IMG/VR virus record: IMGVR_UViG_3300015050_000678
Location: 1 to 64,000 of that record
DNA length: 64,000 bases
Strand: one strand, 5' to 3'
Source of the DNA: a virus
Position numbers and translations under genes: made by a program. Of this stretch, positions 29,918 through 39,610 are shown piece after piece; the first letter of the stretch is position 1; every line of letters starts with the position of its first letter. Below the pieces are notes generated by a model, which did not search any database, was not told the origin of the DNA, and was given only the letters and a program-made list of their open reading frames with translations.

Positions 29918-30213
29918 CAATAGAAGAAGCACAAGAAGAATGTAAAAGAAGATTTCCTATTGGTTGTACTTATAAAGATATTACTAATGGAAATATACAT
30001 GTATTAAAAAATGATTATAATGTTTATAGTATTATAAATCTTGATCTAGTACAAGCACATAATGGAGCAGGATTATTATATGATAATCGTAATGGTGAAA
30101 ATATCTTTGCAAAATTAATTTCATATCCTGAAGGTTATGTAAGACCTGAAGAATCCGAACCAATAAAAGATGATCTTGAACCACTTGCTAAATTACTTAA
30201 AGAAATAACTTAA
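29914..30213 (+). CDS. Shared-C-terminus family member 5
   Basis: Ends PIKDDLEPLAKLLKEIT. Confidence 0.75.
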   Translation: MTIEEAQEECKRRFPIGCTYKDITNGNIHVLKNDYNVYSIINLDLVQAHNGAGLLYDNRNGENIFAKLISYPEGYVRPEESEPIKDDLEPLAKLLKEIT

Positions 30214-30214
30214 T

Positions 30215-30499
30215 ATGGATTTTAAAGATGAATACGTAGAAATAATAATAGATGAAAGTTGTTTTAAACAAGGTGAAATATTAAAAAAGGAATATTATAA
30301 TAATGGTACTAATGATTGGAGATTTGTATGGCCAGACGATTCCGGACAAGTATATAATAAATCATATAAAAATCATTTTATACCTTCAACATTGAAAAAA
30401 TATAATAAATATTGGGGAAATCCAATTGAACCAGAAACACCAATAAAAGATGATTTATCTGGATTAGTTAATTTATTTCAAAAACTTAATATAACATGA
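30215..30499 (+). CDS. Shared-C-terminus family member 6
   Basis: Ends PIKDDLSGLVNLFQKLNIT. Confidence 0.75.
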   Translation: MDFKDEYVEIIIDESCFKQGEILKKEYYNNGTNDWRFVWPDDSGQVYNKSYKNHFIPSTLKKYNKYWGNPIEPETPIKDDLSGLVNLFQKLNIT

Positions 30500-30801
30500 A
30501 AAAAGAATTTGAATTACCTAAATATTGGTATTTAAAAATAACACCTAATATATTAGATGAAGTTAACCATTTTAGAATAAATATTGCAAAATATTCTATG
30601 GGTAATATAGATGATAAACGATATCCTTTATTATACGAAGATGGTTCTGGTGGATCTCCACCTACTAATAAGTACCAAGTTGAACTTAGTTTATCTGATT
30701 TTAGACAATATGTATTAAAAACTTCAGTTGTTGAACCAATTATAATTAATGAAGATTTAACTTATTTAGGCAAGTTTTTAAAAGATTTAAATATAACATA
30801 A
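30496..30801 (+). CDS. Shared-C-terminus family member 7
   Basis: LPKYWYLK...FRQYVL; ends IINEDLTYLGKFLKDLNIT. Confidence 0.75.
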   Translation: MKKEFELPKYWYLKITPNILDEVNHFRINIAKYSMGNIDDKRYPLLYEDGSGGSPPTNKYQVELSLSDFRQYVLKTSVVEPIIINEDLTYLGKFLKDLNIT

Positions 30802-31868
30802 TGGAAGAAGTAATACACGTAGAAACACAAGAAGAATGGGATATTGTTACTGAACATTATAAGTTAGATTGGCATCGAATTTCTACATTTGATAATTATA
30901 AAAGTAAGACTTGTATAAAAGCACCAAATAATCAATATGGAAGACTTGATTATTATTTAAGTGAGGGTTTAAAAGTAATTGAATTTAAAGAGTGGTATAA
31001 ATTAATAAATAAAAATGTAAATATGAAAGAAAAAGGAATGGAAGAATTAATGTTAGATGTTTTGAATAAAACCTATGACAATCTATTATTAAGAAGAAAA
31101 ACAGTTCCACTGTTTATGTCAAATCCTGGTATGGGTAAGTCTACACTTATCAGAGAATTTGCTGAAAAAAAAGGTGTTAAAATGGTGAAAATAACACTTA
31201 GTACTAGAATGCCTAATGAAGTTACTGGAATGGTAATGCCTGATTTAGCAAATAATGCAGCAGCATTGTTAGATAGTCATCAATTGACTAATTTAAAAGA
31301 TGGTGATATTTTATTCTTTGATGAAGTATTTAATGGTGTTCTAAAACAAACATTAGATGCATTTCTAAATCTTTTAGAAGATAGAATGTTACTTAGTGGT
31401 AGAAAGTTAGCAGATGTAATGATTATTGCAGCAAGTAATCCACAAGGTTTAATTACTTTAACTCCTCAAATTAAAGAAAGATTTATTAGATATGATCTAA
31501 AGTTTGATGGGCCAGAATTTCAAGTATACTTGAAAGATAAATACGGTATGCCTGAATCTATTTCACATCATATAGTAACGTTAATTAATAAAGAAAAGTT
31601 TGAACAAGCAGCCTGGGATTATTTAACACCAAGAAGTGTAGAAAAAGCAATAAATCAAATTGGATGTGATTTACAAAGTCCATATAATGATTTACTTCTT
31701 CCATTTCTTAGTAGTGAGATAGAATCACCAATTGATTTAAAAAGTCTTAGTATAAAACAAGGTGAAAAAGTAGAATATTTAAAATTTTTAAAATTAATAA
31801 TAAAAAACAAAAATGATACAGAAAATCAAAAGCAAAAGAGTGGAGTTGCCTCCAATATTCTTAATTGA
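30801..31868 (+). CDS. MoxR-like AAA+ ATPase with extra N-terminal module
   Basis: Walker A SNPGMGKST, Walker B LFFDE, sensor AASNP, ERF, TPRS; internal Met near residue 75. Confidence 0.8.
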   Translation: MEEVIHVETQEEWDIVTEHYKLDWHRISTFDNYKSKTCIKAPNNQYGRLDYYLSEGLKVIEFKEWYKLINKNVNMKEKGMEELMLDVLNKTYDNLLLRRKTVPLFMSNPGMGKSTLIREFAEKKGVKMVKITLSTRMPNEVTGMVMPDLANNAAALLDSHQLTNLKDGDILFFDEVFNGVLKQTLDAFLNLLEDRMLLSGRKLADVMIIAASNPQGLITLTPQIKERFIRYDLKFDGPEFQVYLKDKYGMPESISHHIVTLINKEKFEQAAWDYLTPRSVEKAINQIGCDLQSPYNDLLLPFLSSEIESPIDLKSLSIKQGEKVEYLKFLKLIIKNKNDTENQKQKSGVASNILN

Positions 31869-32748
31869 GAATGAGGAGGATTTTAAAGAGTTACCTAAAG
31901 GTATTCCTTATATCGTAGGTAAACAATCAGAATTAAGTTTTATTACTATATTCTTGGAATTTCAAGTATTGTACAAATCTTGTATGAATACTCAAATTCC
32001 AATTAAATGGTTAGAATGCTTAAAGAAAATTGGATATAGTTCCAATAAAAGTTATGAATTACATTCAGGTGGATCTTATTGGGAATCTGGAACTGGTAAT
32101 TATACATTAAGTATCGATAACTTTGTAGAAGATCAATATTTTGTTGATTTTGATAGATTATCTGATTTAAAAGTTTTACCTAAATGGTTAGATGATATTA
32201 AAGAGTCTATTCAAACTAATATTATTGATGAGGTTACTTTTGATCCAACCGCTTTTAATAAGCAATTAGGTTTAAATGTGGGTTCTAGTGGCATCAAGCA
32301 TAATATGAAAAATCTATTAATATTAGATATTTCATCATCTATGCCTAAATCAGTAGTATTAAGTATTACAAATTTAGCTAAATTAATGTCTAAGAAGTTT
32401 TACGCAGATGTAATTTTAACAGGTGTACGTTCATATCTAATAGATTATGAAGATGTACCTAACACTGACATTGTAGGTTCTGTAAAGGAATACGGTGGAG
32501 GTAATGAAGGTGAAATGTATATGGAAATTGTAGCACAACATAAAGAGTATAACACAGTTATATCTTTTGGTGATAATGATTGTCCAGATAATTGTCGCAA
32601 TGGTAAAAACCTAGTAAACAACTTCCAAGTTGAGACATTGTATTCTTTACATACTGAAAGTTCTAGTAGTAATATTACAGGTTATGCTAAGGCTTTTAAA
32701 CCAAAAACAACAAACGTAGTAAAAGATTGGTTAAACACAATCAAATAA
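31813..32748 (+). CDS. VWA (MIDAS) domain protein, probable AAA+ partner
   Basis: LLILDISSSM (DxSxS), GGGN, ISFGD; overlaps the AAA+ gene. Confidence 0.7.
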   Translation: MIQKIKSKRVELPPIFLIENEEDFKELPKGIPYIVGKQSELSFITIFLEFQVLYKSCMNTQIPIKWLECLKKIGYSSNKSYELHSGGSYWESGTGNYTLSIDNFVEDQYFVDFDRLSDLKVLPKWLDDIKESIQTNIIDEVTFDPTAFNKQLGLNVGSSGIKHNMKNLLILDISSSMPKSVVLSITNLAKLMSKKFYADVILTGVRSYLIDYEDVPNTDIVGSVKEYGGGNEGEMYMEIVAQHKEYNTVISFGDNDCPDNCRNGKNLVNNFQVETLYSLHTESSSSNITGYAKAFKPKTTNVVKDWLNTIK

Positions 32749-32790
32749 TAATAACATCAATAAATAATAACAATTAAAACAAAAAACAAA

Positions 32791-33279
32791 ATGGAATTTT
32801 TAACATCAAAAGGATTAGATTTAAACGCAGCAGGTTACTTAATTAGTAAAGACACTAAAAAACCAGTAAATCATGCAGAATTTGTAAAACAACAACAAGC
32901 AGCAGAATATACTGTTAAATTAGCAGAAGCTATTAAAGATAAAAACTTTAAATCTGAAAAAGTAGATAACTTAGATGCTATTAAAGCTGAAGTTCGTGCT
33001 GCTATGAGTAATAATACAAGAATGTATGTTGCAGAACCAACTAAACCAACTAGTAAAGTACAAGATGAGTTAGTTAAATATGCATTAGATTTCTTAGATT
33101 TTGAAGATTCTAAATCTGAATCTGCAGAAATCAACAAATTAATGAATGAATTTAACACAATTAATGATGTTGAATCAGTTGGAGATTATTTCTCTGAAGG
33201 TGTGGTAAAATTAAATGCAATTTATAGTATTAAAACTATTTTAGCTGCAATTAAAATTACTTACAGTAAATTAAAATAA
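32791..33279 (+). CDS. Hypothetical helical protein
   Basis: 162 aa, long A-rich leader. Confidence 0.65.
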   Translation: MEFLTSKGLDLNAAGYLISKDTKKPVNHAEFVKQQQAAEYTVKLAEAIKDKNFKSEKVDNLDAIKAEVRAAMSNNTRMYVAEPTKPTSKVQDELVKYALDFLDFEDSKSESAEINKLMNEFNTINDVESVGDYFSEGVVKLNAIYSIKTILAAIKITYSKLK

Positions 33280-33367
33280 TCTAAATATAATAGGTGTTCT
33301 CATGTGTTCGAGAGGAGAATTAAATGAACTAATCAATGTCAGCCTATTTATTTTTAAAACAAATTAA

Positions 33368-33586
33368 ATGAAAATATTAAAATTAATTATTGTAGTTTTA
33401 TTTTTTACAAGTTGTAATGTTGGTTCAACAAAAATGTTATCAATATATCAAAAAGCTTACCCAAAAGGTACAGTTTATGTAACTTACACAAAAGATGTAA
33501 TAGTTATAGATTCACTAAACAATGTTTGGTTTATTTTACCATTTAAATCAAATGGTAGTATTTCAAGTATAGTTAAAATAAAATAA
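33368..33586 (+). CDS. Small lipoprotein
   Basis: MKILKLIIVVLFFTSC lipobox. Confidence 0.6.
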   Translation: MKILKLIIVVLFFTSCNVGSTKMLSIYQKAYPKGTVYVTYTKDVIVIDSLNNVWFILPFKSNGSISSIVKIK

Positions 33587-33592
33587 AATAAA

Positions 33593-34330
33593 ATGAAAAA
33601 ACAAGTTAACGATTTAATTGCAATATTAAAAAAACAAGATATACAAGGATGTATTACAGGTAGTTGTATGTTAGATTATTTTGAAGGTGCTGATGTAGAT
33701 TTATTTTGTTATGATGAACAAAGTTTTACAGCATTATTATACTACATGAAGTACGATCCAATGTTTACAATTCTTGATCCATTAGAACTTCATAAATTTA
33801 ATGATTACACTAAGAATGGAAAATCTTCATTAGATTCAATTGGATTAGTTACTATAAAGTTTAAGTATAATCTATGTATTGATGCCAATATAACTTTTAA
33901 AAAGTTTCATAAAACAATATTCGATGTTCTTAGTAATTTTGATTTAGATATAATTACTACAGGATATGATATTAAAACTGGTAAGATTATTTCATTAAGA
34001 GAATCTACTGATAAAGTAGGTACTTGGAATAAATGGAATAAAACATTTTATCAATCAGACTTTTGGTCTACAAAACGTCTATTAAGACAATTTGAACGTG
34101 TAGTTAAATACACGGAAAGAGGATATGATTTAACCTCAGTTACAGATAAATATATTTCAATAGTAGAAGAAATATTATTAACTGAAAACTTTTATAAATC
34201 TGAAAAGGGTACGAAATACTTTACTGATACCATCGAACAATTTGAAGTTGTATTAAAAATACTTCAAGTTTGGAAAAGAGATTTAAAGATGACACCTGAA
34301 CAAATATTAACATTAAGAACATTAATTTAA
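33593..34330 (+). CDS. Pol-beta-superfamily nucleotidyltransferase
   Basis: CITGS...ADVDLF (GS..DxD) and FDLDI. Confidence 0.6.
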   Translation: MKKQVNDLIAILKKQDIQGCITGSCMLDYFEGADVDLFCYDEQSFTALLYYMKYDPMFTILDPLELHKFNDYTKNGKSSLDSIGLVTIKFKYNLCIDANITFKKFHKTIFDVLSNFDLDIITTGYDIKTGKIISLRESTDKVGTWNKWNKTFYQSDFWSTKRLLRQFERVVKYTERGYDLTSVTDKYISIVEEILLTENFYKSEKGTKYFTDTIEQFEVVLKILQVWKRDLKMTPEQILTLRTLI

Positions 34331-34710
34331 TGAATTTAAATAAAACACAAATACAAGCATTAGCTACTAAATTTTATAATGAAATTAGTGCTAAAATAGA
34401 TAAAGAAAATGCTATAAATTTTAAATCAAAACTTGAAACATTTAGAGCAGATTACAATAAAGGTATTAAAATATTAGATAAAAATCCTTTTATTAAAAAT
34501 ATTGATATTAATATTGATAGTACACATATTGCTGAATTAAAAAGAAATATGACATTTGAACATTATAGTACTAATTATAATTTTAAATATGTAATTAAAG
34601 ATAAAAAAGAAATTAAAAAATCAGATATTGAATCAGATATAATTTTAGCTACAATTGATAGTCAATCAGTTGAAGATATTATGAAAGTATTAACTAACAA
34701 ATATAAATAA
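34330..34710 (+). CDS. Hypothetical protein
   Basis: 126 aa, coupled ORF. Confidence 0.55.
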   Translation: MNLNKTQIQALATKFYNEISAKIDKENAINFKSKLETFRADYNKGIKILDKNPFIKNIDINIDSTHIAELKRNMTFEHYSTNYNFKYVIKDKKEIKKSDIESDIILATIDSQSVEDIMKVLTNKYK

Positions 34711-34711
34711 T

Positions 34712-34891
34712 ATGTCAGAAATTGATAATTTATTAGCAGAATTACGTAATATGAAAGCTAATACACCTAGTTTTAATCCTAAAGAAGTTTGGGATGGTAT
34801 TGCAGAAAGAAAAGATTGGAGTTCATTAGGATTCAAATCTAAAGAAGAATTTGAAAAATTCTTAAGTGATAACCCTTATGGTAATTTATAA
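34712..34891 (+). CDS. Hypothetical 59-aa protein
   Basis: Translated by hand: MSEIDNLLAELRNMK...DNPYGNL; fills the gap exactly. Confidence 0.55.
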   Translation: MSEIDNLLAELRNMKANTPSFNPKEVWDGIAERKDWSSLGFKSKEEFEKFLSDNPYGNL

Positions 34892-34892
34892 T

Positions 34893-35144
34893 ATGAGAAA
34901 TTTTATAACAGAAAATAATCTATCTTTTGAACAAGGTTCAAGAAATAGTACAGTGGTAACTTTAATTGGTTATGCTCAATTTAAAGGTTTAACATCTCAA
35001 GAATTAATTGATATTTTAAATCCAGAAATAACTAATGATATTTTTATATTAGAAGAAATAAATCGTTTGTGGGATTACTGTAAAGTTAATAATTACAAAG
35101 CTTGGTGGAAATCTGAAGATTCAAAATTACAGTATACTTTCTAA
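34893..35144 (+). CDS. Stand-alone PriCT-like helical domain
   Basis: FEQGSRNSTVVTLIGY resembles the PriCT G.RN..L..L.G motif; ATG 34893 preferred. Confidence 0.5.
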   Translation: MRNFITENNLSFEQGSRNSTVVTLIGYAQFKGLTSQELIDILNPEITNDIFILEEINRLWDYCKVNNYKAWWKSEDSKLQYTF

Positions 35145-35335
35145 TGAAACAATTATTATTAAATTGGTTACTTAAAGATATAACTAGATTTGAAGTTATT
35201 AATCATGATTGTACAAAATATGAAATTGGTAGATTAGTAGTTCATACTAAATCTAGATTTTTAAGTTATAATGGTAAATATGAAGTAATTGGTTCATTAC
35301 AAGATGATAATAAAACTTTAAAAATATTTATATGA
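35144..35335 (+). CDS. Hypothetical protein
   Basis: ITRFEVI...SLQDDNKTLKIFI motif. Confidence 0.55.
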   Translation: MKQLLLNWLLKDITRFEVINHDCTKYEIGRLVVHTKSRFLSYNGKYEVIGSLQDDNKTLKIFI

Positions 35336-35772
35336 AATCATTTTTGCTCAAAGATAAGCGGCCCACAATCAAATGGGGTATGCTTAAAGATGAAACATAC
35401 TTTGAAGGTGAAGTACCTGAAGGTTATGGATTGGCGATTTCACCTCATGATCCATATATCATCTTAGATATTGATAGACATGGAGAAATAGATGGTTTTG
35501 ATAATATACCAGAAGATATAACTAAAGAATTATTGGGTCATTTTAGATATGCTACTAAAAATAATGGTAGCCATATTTGGTTTAGGTATTCTGGTACTAA
35601 AAAGTTACTTAATAAAACTTCAGGTAAAGGTCTGGATTTAAGAACTTCAAATGGTTATGTAAAATGGTACTTAGATAATGATATTAGAAGTTATATTCAT
35701 TTAGTAATGGATACATCTCCTAAATTAAATATATTCTTAGAATCATTGTTTCAAGGTGTAAAACAATTATAA
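35332..35772 (+). CDS. Prim-pol (archaeo-eukaryotic primase-type) catalytic domain
   Basis: IILDID, TKNNGSHIWF, GLDLRTSNGYV. Confidence 0.75.
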   Translation: MKSFLLKDKRPTIKWGMLKDETYFEGEVPEGYGLAISPHDPYIILDIDRHGEIDGFDNIPEDITKELLGHFRYATKNNGSHIWFRYSGTKKLLNKTSGKGLDLRTSNGYVKWYLDNDIRSYIHLVMDTSPKLNIFLESLFQGVKQL

Positions 35773-35773
35773 T

Positions 35774-36106
35774 ATGAAAAAATGGATATTACCTAAAGAA
35801 TGGTATTTAGATAAAACAAGTGATTCAAATGAAATGAAAATTATTTTTGATTGGATGCAAACACAACTTGGTGGAGATCATTGGGAATTAAAGTATGCTT
35901 CTGAATATCATTTATTTTGGAAAAATAGAAAAAATTATCATCCAAATGGTACTAAAAACATGAATAGATTAAAAGATTGTACTTTAATTACATTTGAACA
36001 ATTTCATAATCATGTAGTTTTAGGTGTAGAACCATATAATGAACCAATTGAAAATGAAGATTTATCTTATTTAATACCTATTTTAAAAAAACACAACATA
36101 ATATGA
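35774..36106 (+). CDS. Shared-C-terminus family member 8
   Basis: LPKEWY...ITFEQF; ends ENEDLSYLIPILKKHNII. Confidence 0.75.
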   Translation: MKKWILPKEWYLDKTSDSNEMKIIFDWMQTQLGGDHWELKYASEYHLFWKNRKNYHPNGTKNMNRLKDCTLITFEQFHNHVVLGVEPYNEPIENEDLSYLIPILKKHNII

Positions 36107-36363
36107 CAGAAGAACAAGTAAAAAGAATTTCAGAATTATATAAACTTAAATCTGAATTATTAGAAGATTTATCTAAACTTACAGGTAACGAATATTCATT
36201 TAAATTAGGTGTTCAAACTAATGAATTTTATAGTGCATATGGACCAGCTATTCTTAAATGTTCTGATATTATATCTAAAGAAATAAAAGAAATTGTATTA
36301 ATTAAAATACAATTAGAAATAGATAAAATTGATTTAGAATTAAGTAATATTAAATGTGTATAA
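36103..36363 (+). CDS. Hypothetical protein
   Basis: 86 aa coupled ORF. Confidence 0.55.
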   Translation: MTEEQVKRISELYKLKSELLEDLSKLTGNEYSFKLGVQTNEFYSAYGPAILKCSDIISKEIKEIVLIKIQLEIDKIDLELSNIKCV

Positions 36364-36664
36364 TATGAAAGAAGAATTTCCAATAGGTACTTGGTATTTA
36401 AAAATAGATGATGAAAATAGAGATATAGTTAATAATTGGAGAATTAATATTATTAAATACTCTGAAAGACCTTGTAAATATAAATATATATCTGAAAATG
36501 GAATAGGTGATGATATTGGTCCAAATGATGGGTTTAATACTGCAGAAATAACCACTTCTCAATTTAAAGAATATGTACTAAATATTAAAGAAGAACCTAT
36601 ACCAATTATCAATGAAGACCTAACATATTTAAAAGATATGTTAAATAAATTAAATATAAAATAA
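36356..36664 (+). CDS. Shared-C-terminus family member 9 (paralog of 30496)
   Basis: WYLKI...VNNWRINIIKYS...QFKEYVL; ends IINEDLTYLKDMLNKLNIK. Confidence 0.75.
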   Translation: MYNMKEEFPIGTWYLKIDDENRDIVNNWRINIIKYSERPCKYKYISENGIGDDIGPNDGFNTAEITTSQFKEYVLNIKEEPIPIINEDLTYLKDMLNKLNIK

Positions 36665-36671
36665 ATAAAAC

Positions 36672-36884
36672 ATGGAAAATCAATTAAACAATGTAACTAA
36701 GGTTACTAAAACAGCTAAGACTGTATCTAAAGCAGAATTAACAGCAATGGTAGATTCTGGATCTAAGAAAGAACAAATTGCAGAATATTATGGATTAAAT
36801 ATTGCTCAAACAACTAAGTTGTTAAAATCAGCTAATTTAACTATTCGTAAATTTCATGCTCCAGCATTTAATTTGGTAGACTAA
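36672..36884 (+). CDS. Small HTH-like protein
   Basis: GSKKEQIAEYYGLNIAQTTKLLK. Confidence 0.5.
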   Translation: MENQLNNVTKVTKTAKTVSKAELTAMVDSGSKKEQIAEYYGLNIAQTTKLLKSANLTIRKFHAPAFNLVD

Positions 36885-36885
36885 A

Positions 36886-37962
36886 ATGTTACGTGAAGAC
36901 ATTCAAAAGTTAGCTTTAAATAAAACATTAAATCAAAGAAGATGTAGTTTAGCTTTAAGTGGTGGTGCTGGAAAAACTTTAATAGGTTTACAACATATGT
37001 CACAGCAACCTAAAGGTTTTAAATTTTTAGTTGTAGCTCCAAAGAAATCTATATTTCAATCTTGGAAAGATGATGCTAAAAAGTTTAACTTTGAATATCT
37101 TCTTAAACAAATTACATTTTCTACTTATTTATCTTTAACTAAACAATCATCTGAATATGATGTAATTTATGCAGATGAATGTCATAATTTAAAGTTATCT
37201 AAAAATGCTTGGTTAAGTAAATTTAAAGGTAAAATATTAGGATTAACCGGAACACCACCTAGAGATAATAAATCAGAAAGTGGTTTTATGGTAGATAAAT
37301 ACTGTCCTGTAATATATTCATATAATACAGATGAAGCAGTAGATCATTCTATATTGAATGATTATAGAATAGTTGTACATTACGTACAATTAGATCAAAT
37401 AAAGAATATTAAGGTTGTGAAACCTCAAGCAACCTGGATGACTAGTGAAGTAGCAATATATAACTATTGGTCTGGAAGAGTGGAGAAATCCTTTGGTAAA
37501 ATGAAACAAATAGCAGCTATACAACGCATGAAGGCTATGCAAGGTTTCTTAACTAAAGAATCTAAAGCTAAAAATCTTCTTAATGACATAGGACAATTTA
37601 GTAAATGTCTATGTTTTGCAAGTACTCAAGAGCAATCAGCTAGAATCTGTCCAACAACTTATCATTCAAAGAATAAGTTCTCAGAATCAAATTTAGAGTC
37701 TTTTAAAACAGGTAAATTATTAAAATTATGTGCTGTAGAACAACTATCAGAAGGAATTAACATACCTAATCTTAAATATGGAATAATTATGCACTCTTAT
37801 GGCAATGAGAGAAAAGCTAGTCAAAAGATATTTAGATTTCTTAGATTAAATCCTAATGAATGTAGTACTATTCATATACTATGTTATAAAGATACAATTG
37901 ATGAACAATGGGTTAAATCAGCTTTAGAGGGATTTAACCAAGATAAAATTATGTACTTATGA
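36886..37962 (+). CDS. Superfamily 2 helicase
   Basis: GGAGKT, YADECH, GLTGT, EGINIP. Confidence 0.85.
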   Translation: MLREDIQKLALNKTLNQRRCSLALSGGAGKTLIGLQHMSQQPKGFKFLVVAPKKSIFQSWKDDAKKFNFEYLLKQITFSTYLSLTKQSSEYDVIYADECHNLKLSKNAWLSKFKGKILGLTGTPPRDNKSESGFMVDKYCPVIYSYNTDEAVDHSILNDYRIVVHYVQLDQIKNIKVVKPQATWMTSEVAIYNYWSGRVEKSFGKMKQIAAIQRMKAMQGFLTKESKAKNLLNDIGQFSKCLCFASTQEQSARICPTTYHSKNKFSESNLESFKTGKLLKLCAVEQLSEGINIPNLKYGIIMHSYGNERKASQKIFRFLRLNPNECSTIHILCYKDTIDEQWVKSALEGFNQDKIMYL

Positions 37963-38564
37963 TTGAAACAATTAGTGTAGACTTAAACAAATTATATGCT
38001 AATAAACTCAAACTAGAAGATTATTTCATTTTATATTGTTTAGTCAACCAAGAAGAAGAATTATTAGTCAAATACACTACTAATTGTAGAGGTATTGATA
38101 CTAATGTTTTTCAAAGATTAAGAGATTCTGGATTTATTGTCTTAACAAATGAAATTGATATAACATTTAGTACGATAAGTACAACATTAGAAGCTAAAAA
38201 GCTATTTAATGTAGGAGATAATCAACAATTTGATACTTTATTCAAAGAGTTATTATCTACTTATCCTAAAAGTGTTAAAAGAATTACTGGTGGTACAAGA
38301 CCATTACATAATGATTTAGTTAGATGTAAGAAATTATATAAAACAACGATATTAGGACCATCTTCGTTTTTAAACATAGAATTACATAAAAAGATTTTAT
38401 TATGCGTGCAAAAGTACTATAGGGATCATTTGAAAGACAATAAACAAGAATTTATGCAATTATTAGCAACATTTCTTTCCCAGAGAACCTGGGAACAATA
38501 TTTAGATGAAGTTAGTAATATTCAAGAATTACCTAAATCCAACGTAGATTATGACGCAATTTAA
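37959..38564 (+). CDS. Putative replication initiator/helicase loader
   Basis: Winged-helix-like N-terminus; F.EL...YP and ATFLSQRTWE in the C-terminus; directly upstream of DnaB-like gene. Confidence 0.55.
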   Translation: MIETISVDLNKLYANKLKLEDYFILYCLVNQEEELLVKYTTNCRGIDTNVFQRLRDSGFIVLTNEIDITFSTISTTLEAKKLFNVGDNQQFDTLFKELLSTYPKSVKRITGGTRPLHNDLVRCKKLYKTTILGPSSFLNIELHKKILLCVQKYYRDHLKDNKQEFMQLLATFLSQRTWEQYLDEVSNIQELPKSNVDYDAI

Positions 38565-39609
38565 GCAGAGAATATTAAAAGGATTATCAGGAGAATATCA
38601 AGGATTAGCTAACGGATTTGATAGAATTAATAAGTATATATATAATACACAACGAGGTTGTTACACTTTATTGGGTGGACTTTCAGGTAGTTCTAAAACA
38701 ACACTTTGTGATTATATATTGTTAAATAGTATGCAAGATGCTAATGCTAAAAATATACCATTTAATGTTACTTATTATTCTTGGGAAATTGATGAAATGA
38801 GTAAAAAAGCCAACTGGTTATCGGTATTAATTTATAATAAATATGATATAGTCATATCTCCTCAAACTATTAAAGGTTTAGGTGATTCTAGATTAACAGA
38901 AAATGAACAAGAAATTGTTTATTCAATGTTACCAGAATTAGAAGATTTATTTTCAAAAATAACTTGGCATTGGACACCAATCAATCCTACAGGATTATAC
39001 ACAGAGTGGTGGAAAACAATGTCAGCAAAAGGTAAGTTTACTACTGTACCTTATATTGATGAAGATGGAAATGCTAAAGATAGAATAACTGGTTGGGTAG
39101 CAGATAACAAAGAAGAATACAATATTGTAGTATTAGACCATTTAGCACTTGGTAGATTAGAAAGAGGATTTACACTTAAACAGAATATTGATAAAATATC
39201 TGAGTATATTGTAGGATGTAGAAATATGTTTAATATGACATTTTATATTGTAGCTCAATTTAATCAAGGTTTAAGTAGTGTAGAGAGATTAAAGTTTAAA
39301 GGTGCTGACATTAGTCCACAACAAACGGATTTTAAAGATTCTACTTCTCCTTATCAAGATGCTGATGTAGTACTTGGTTTACTAAATGCCTATAAAATGG
39401 ATTTAGAAACTAGTTTAAATTACAATATTAAAGTTGATGGATTTCCAGGTAATTTAAAAGGTAAATACAGACTTCTTAAGATAATTAAGAATAGATTAGG
39501 TCAAGATAATATATCCATTGGATTATATACTAAACCTGAAGCTGGTTACTTTGAAGAATTACCTAGAGAAATGACAACAGAAGATTATCAAAGATATTTA
39601 AATAAATAA
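38551..39609 (+). CDS. DnaB-like replicative helicase
   Basis: GLSGSSKTT, VVLDHL, VAQFNQ, QDADVVL, IIKNRLG. Confidence 0.85.
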   Translation: MTQFKQRILKGLSGEYQGLANGFDRINKYIYNTQRGCYTLLGGLSGSSKTTLCDYILLNSMQDANAKNIPFNVTYYSWEIDEMSKKANWLSVLIYNKYDIVISPQTIKGLGDSRLTENEQEIVYSMLPELEDLFSKITWHWTPINPTGLYTEWWKTMSAKGKFTTVPYIDEDGNAKDRITGWVADNKEEYNIVVLDHLALGRLERGFTLKQNIDKISEYIVGCRNMFNMTFYIVAQFNQGLSSVERLKFKGADISPQQTDFKDSTSPYQDADVVLGLLNAYKMDLETSLNYNIKVDGFPGNLKGKYRLLKIIKNRLGQDNISIGLYTKPEAGYFEELPREMTTEDYQRYLNK

Positions 39610-39610
39610 T

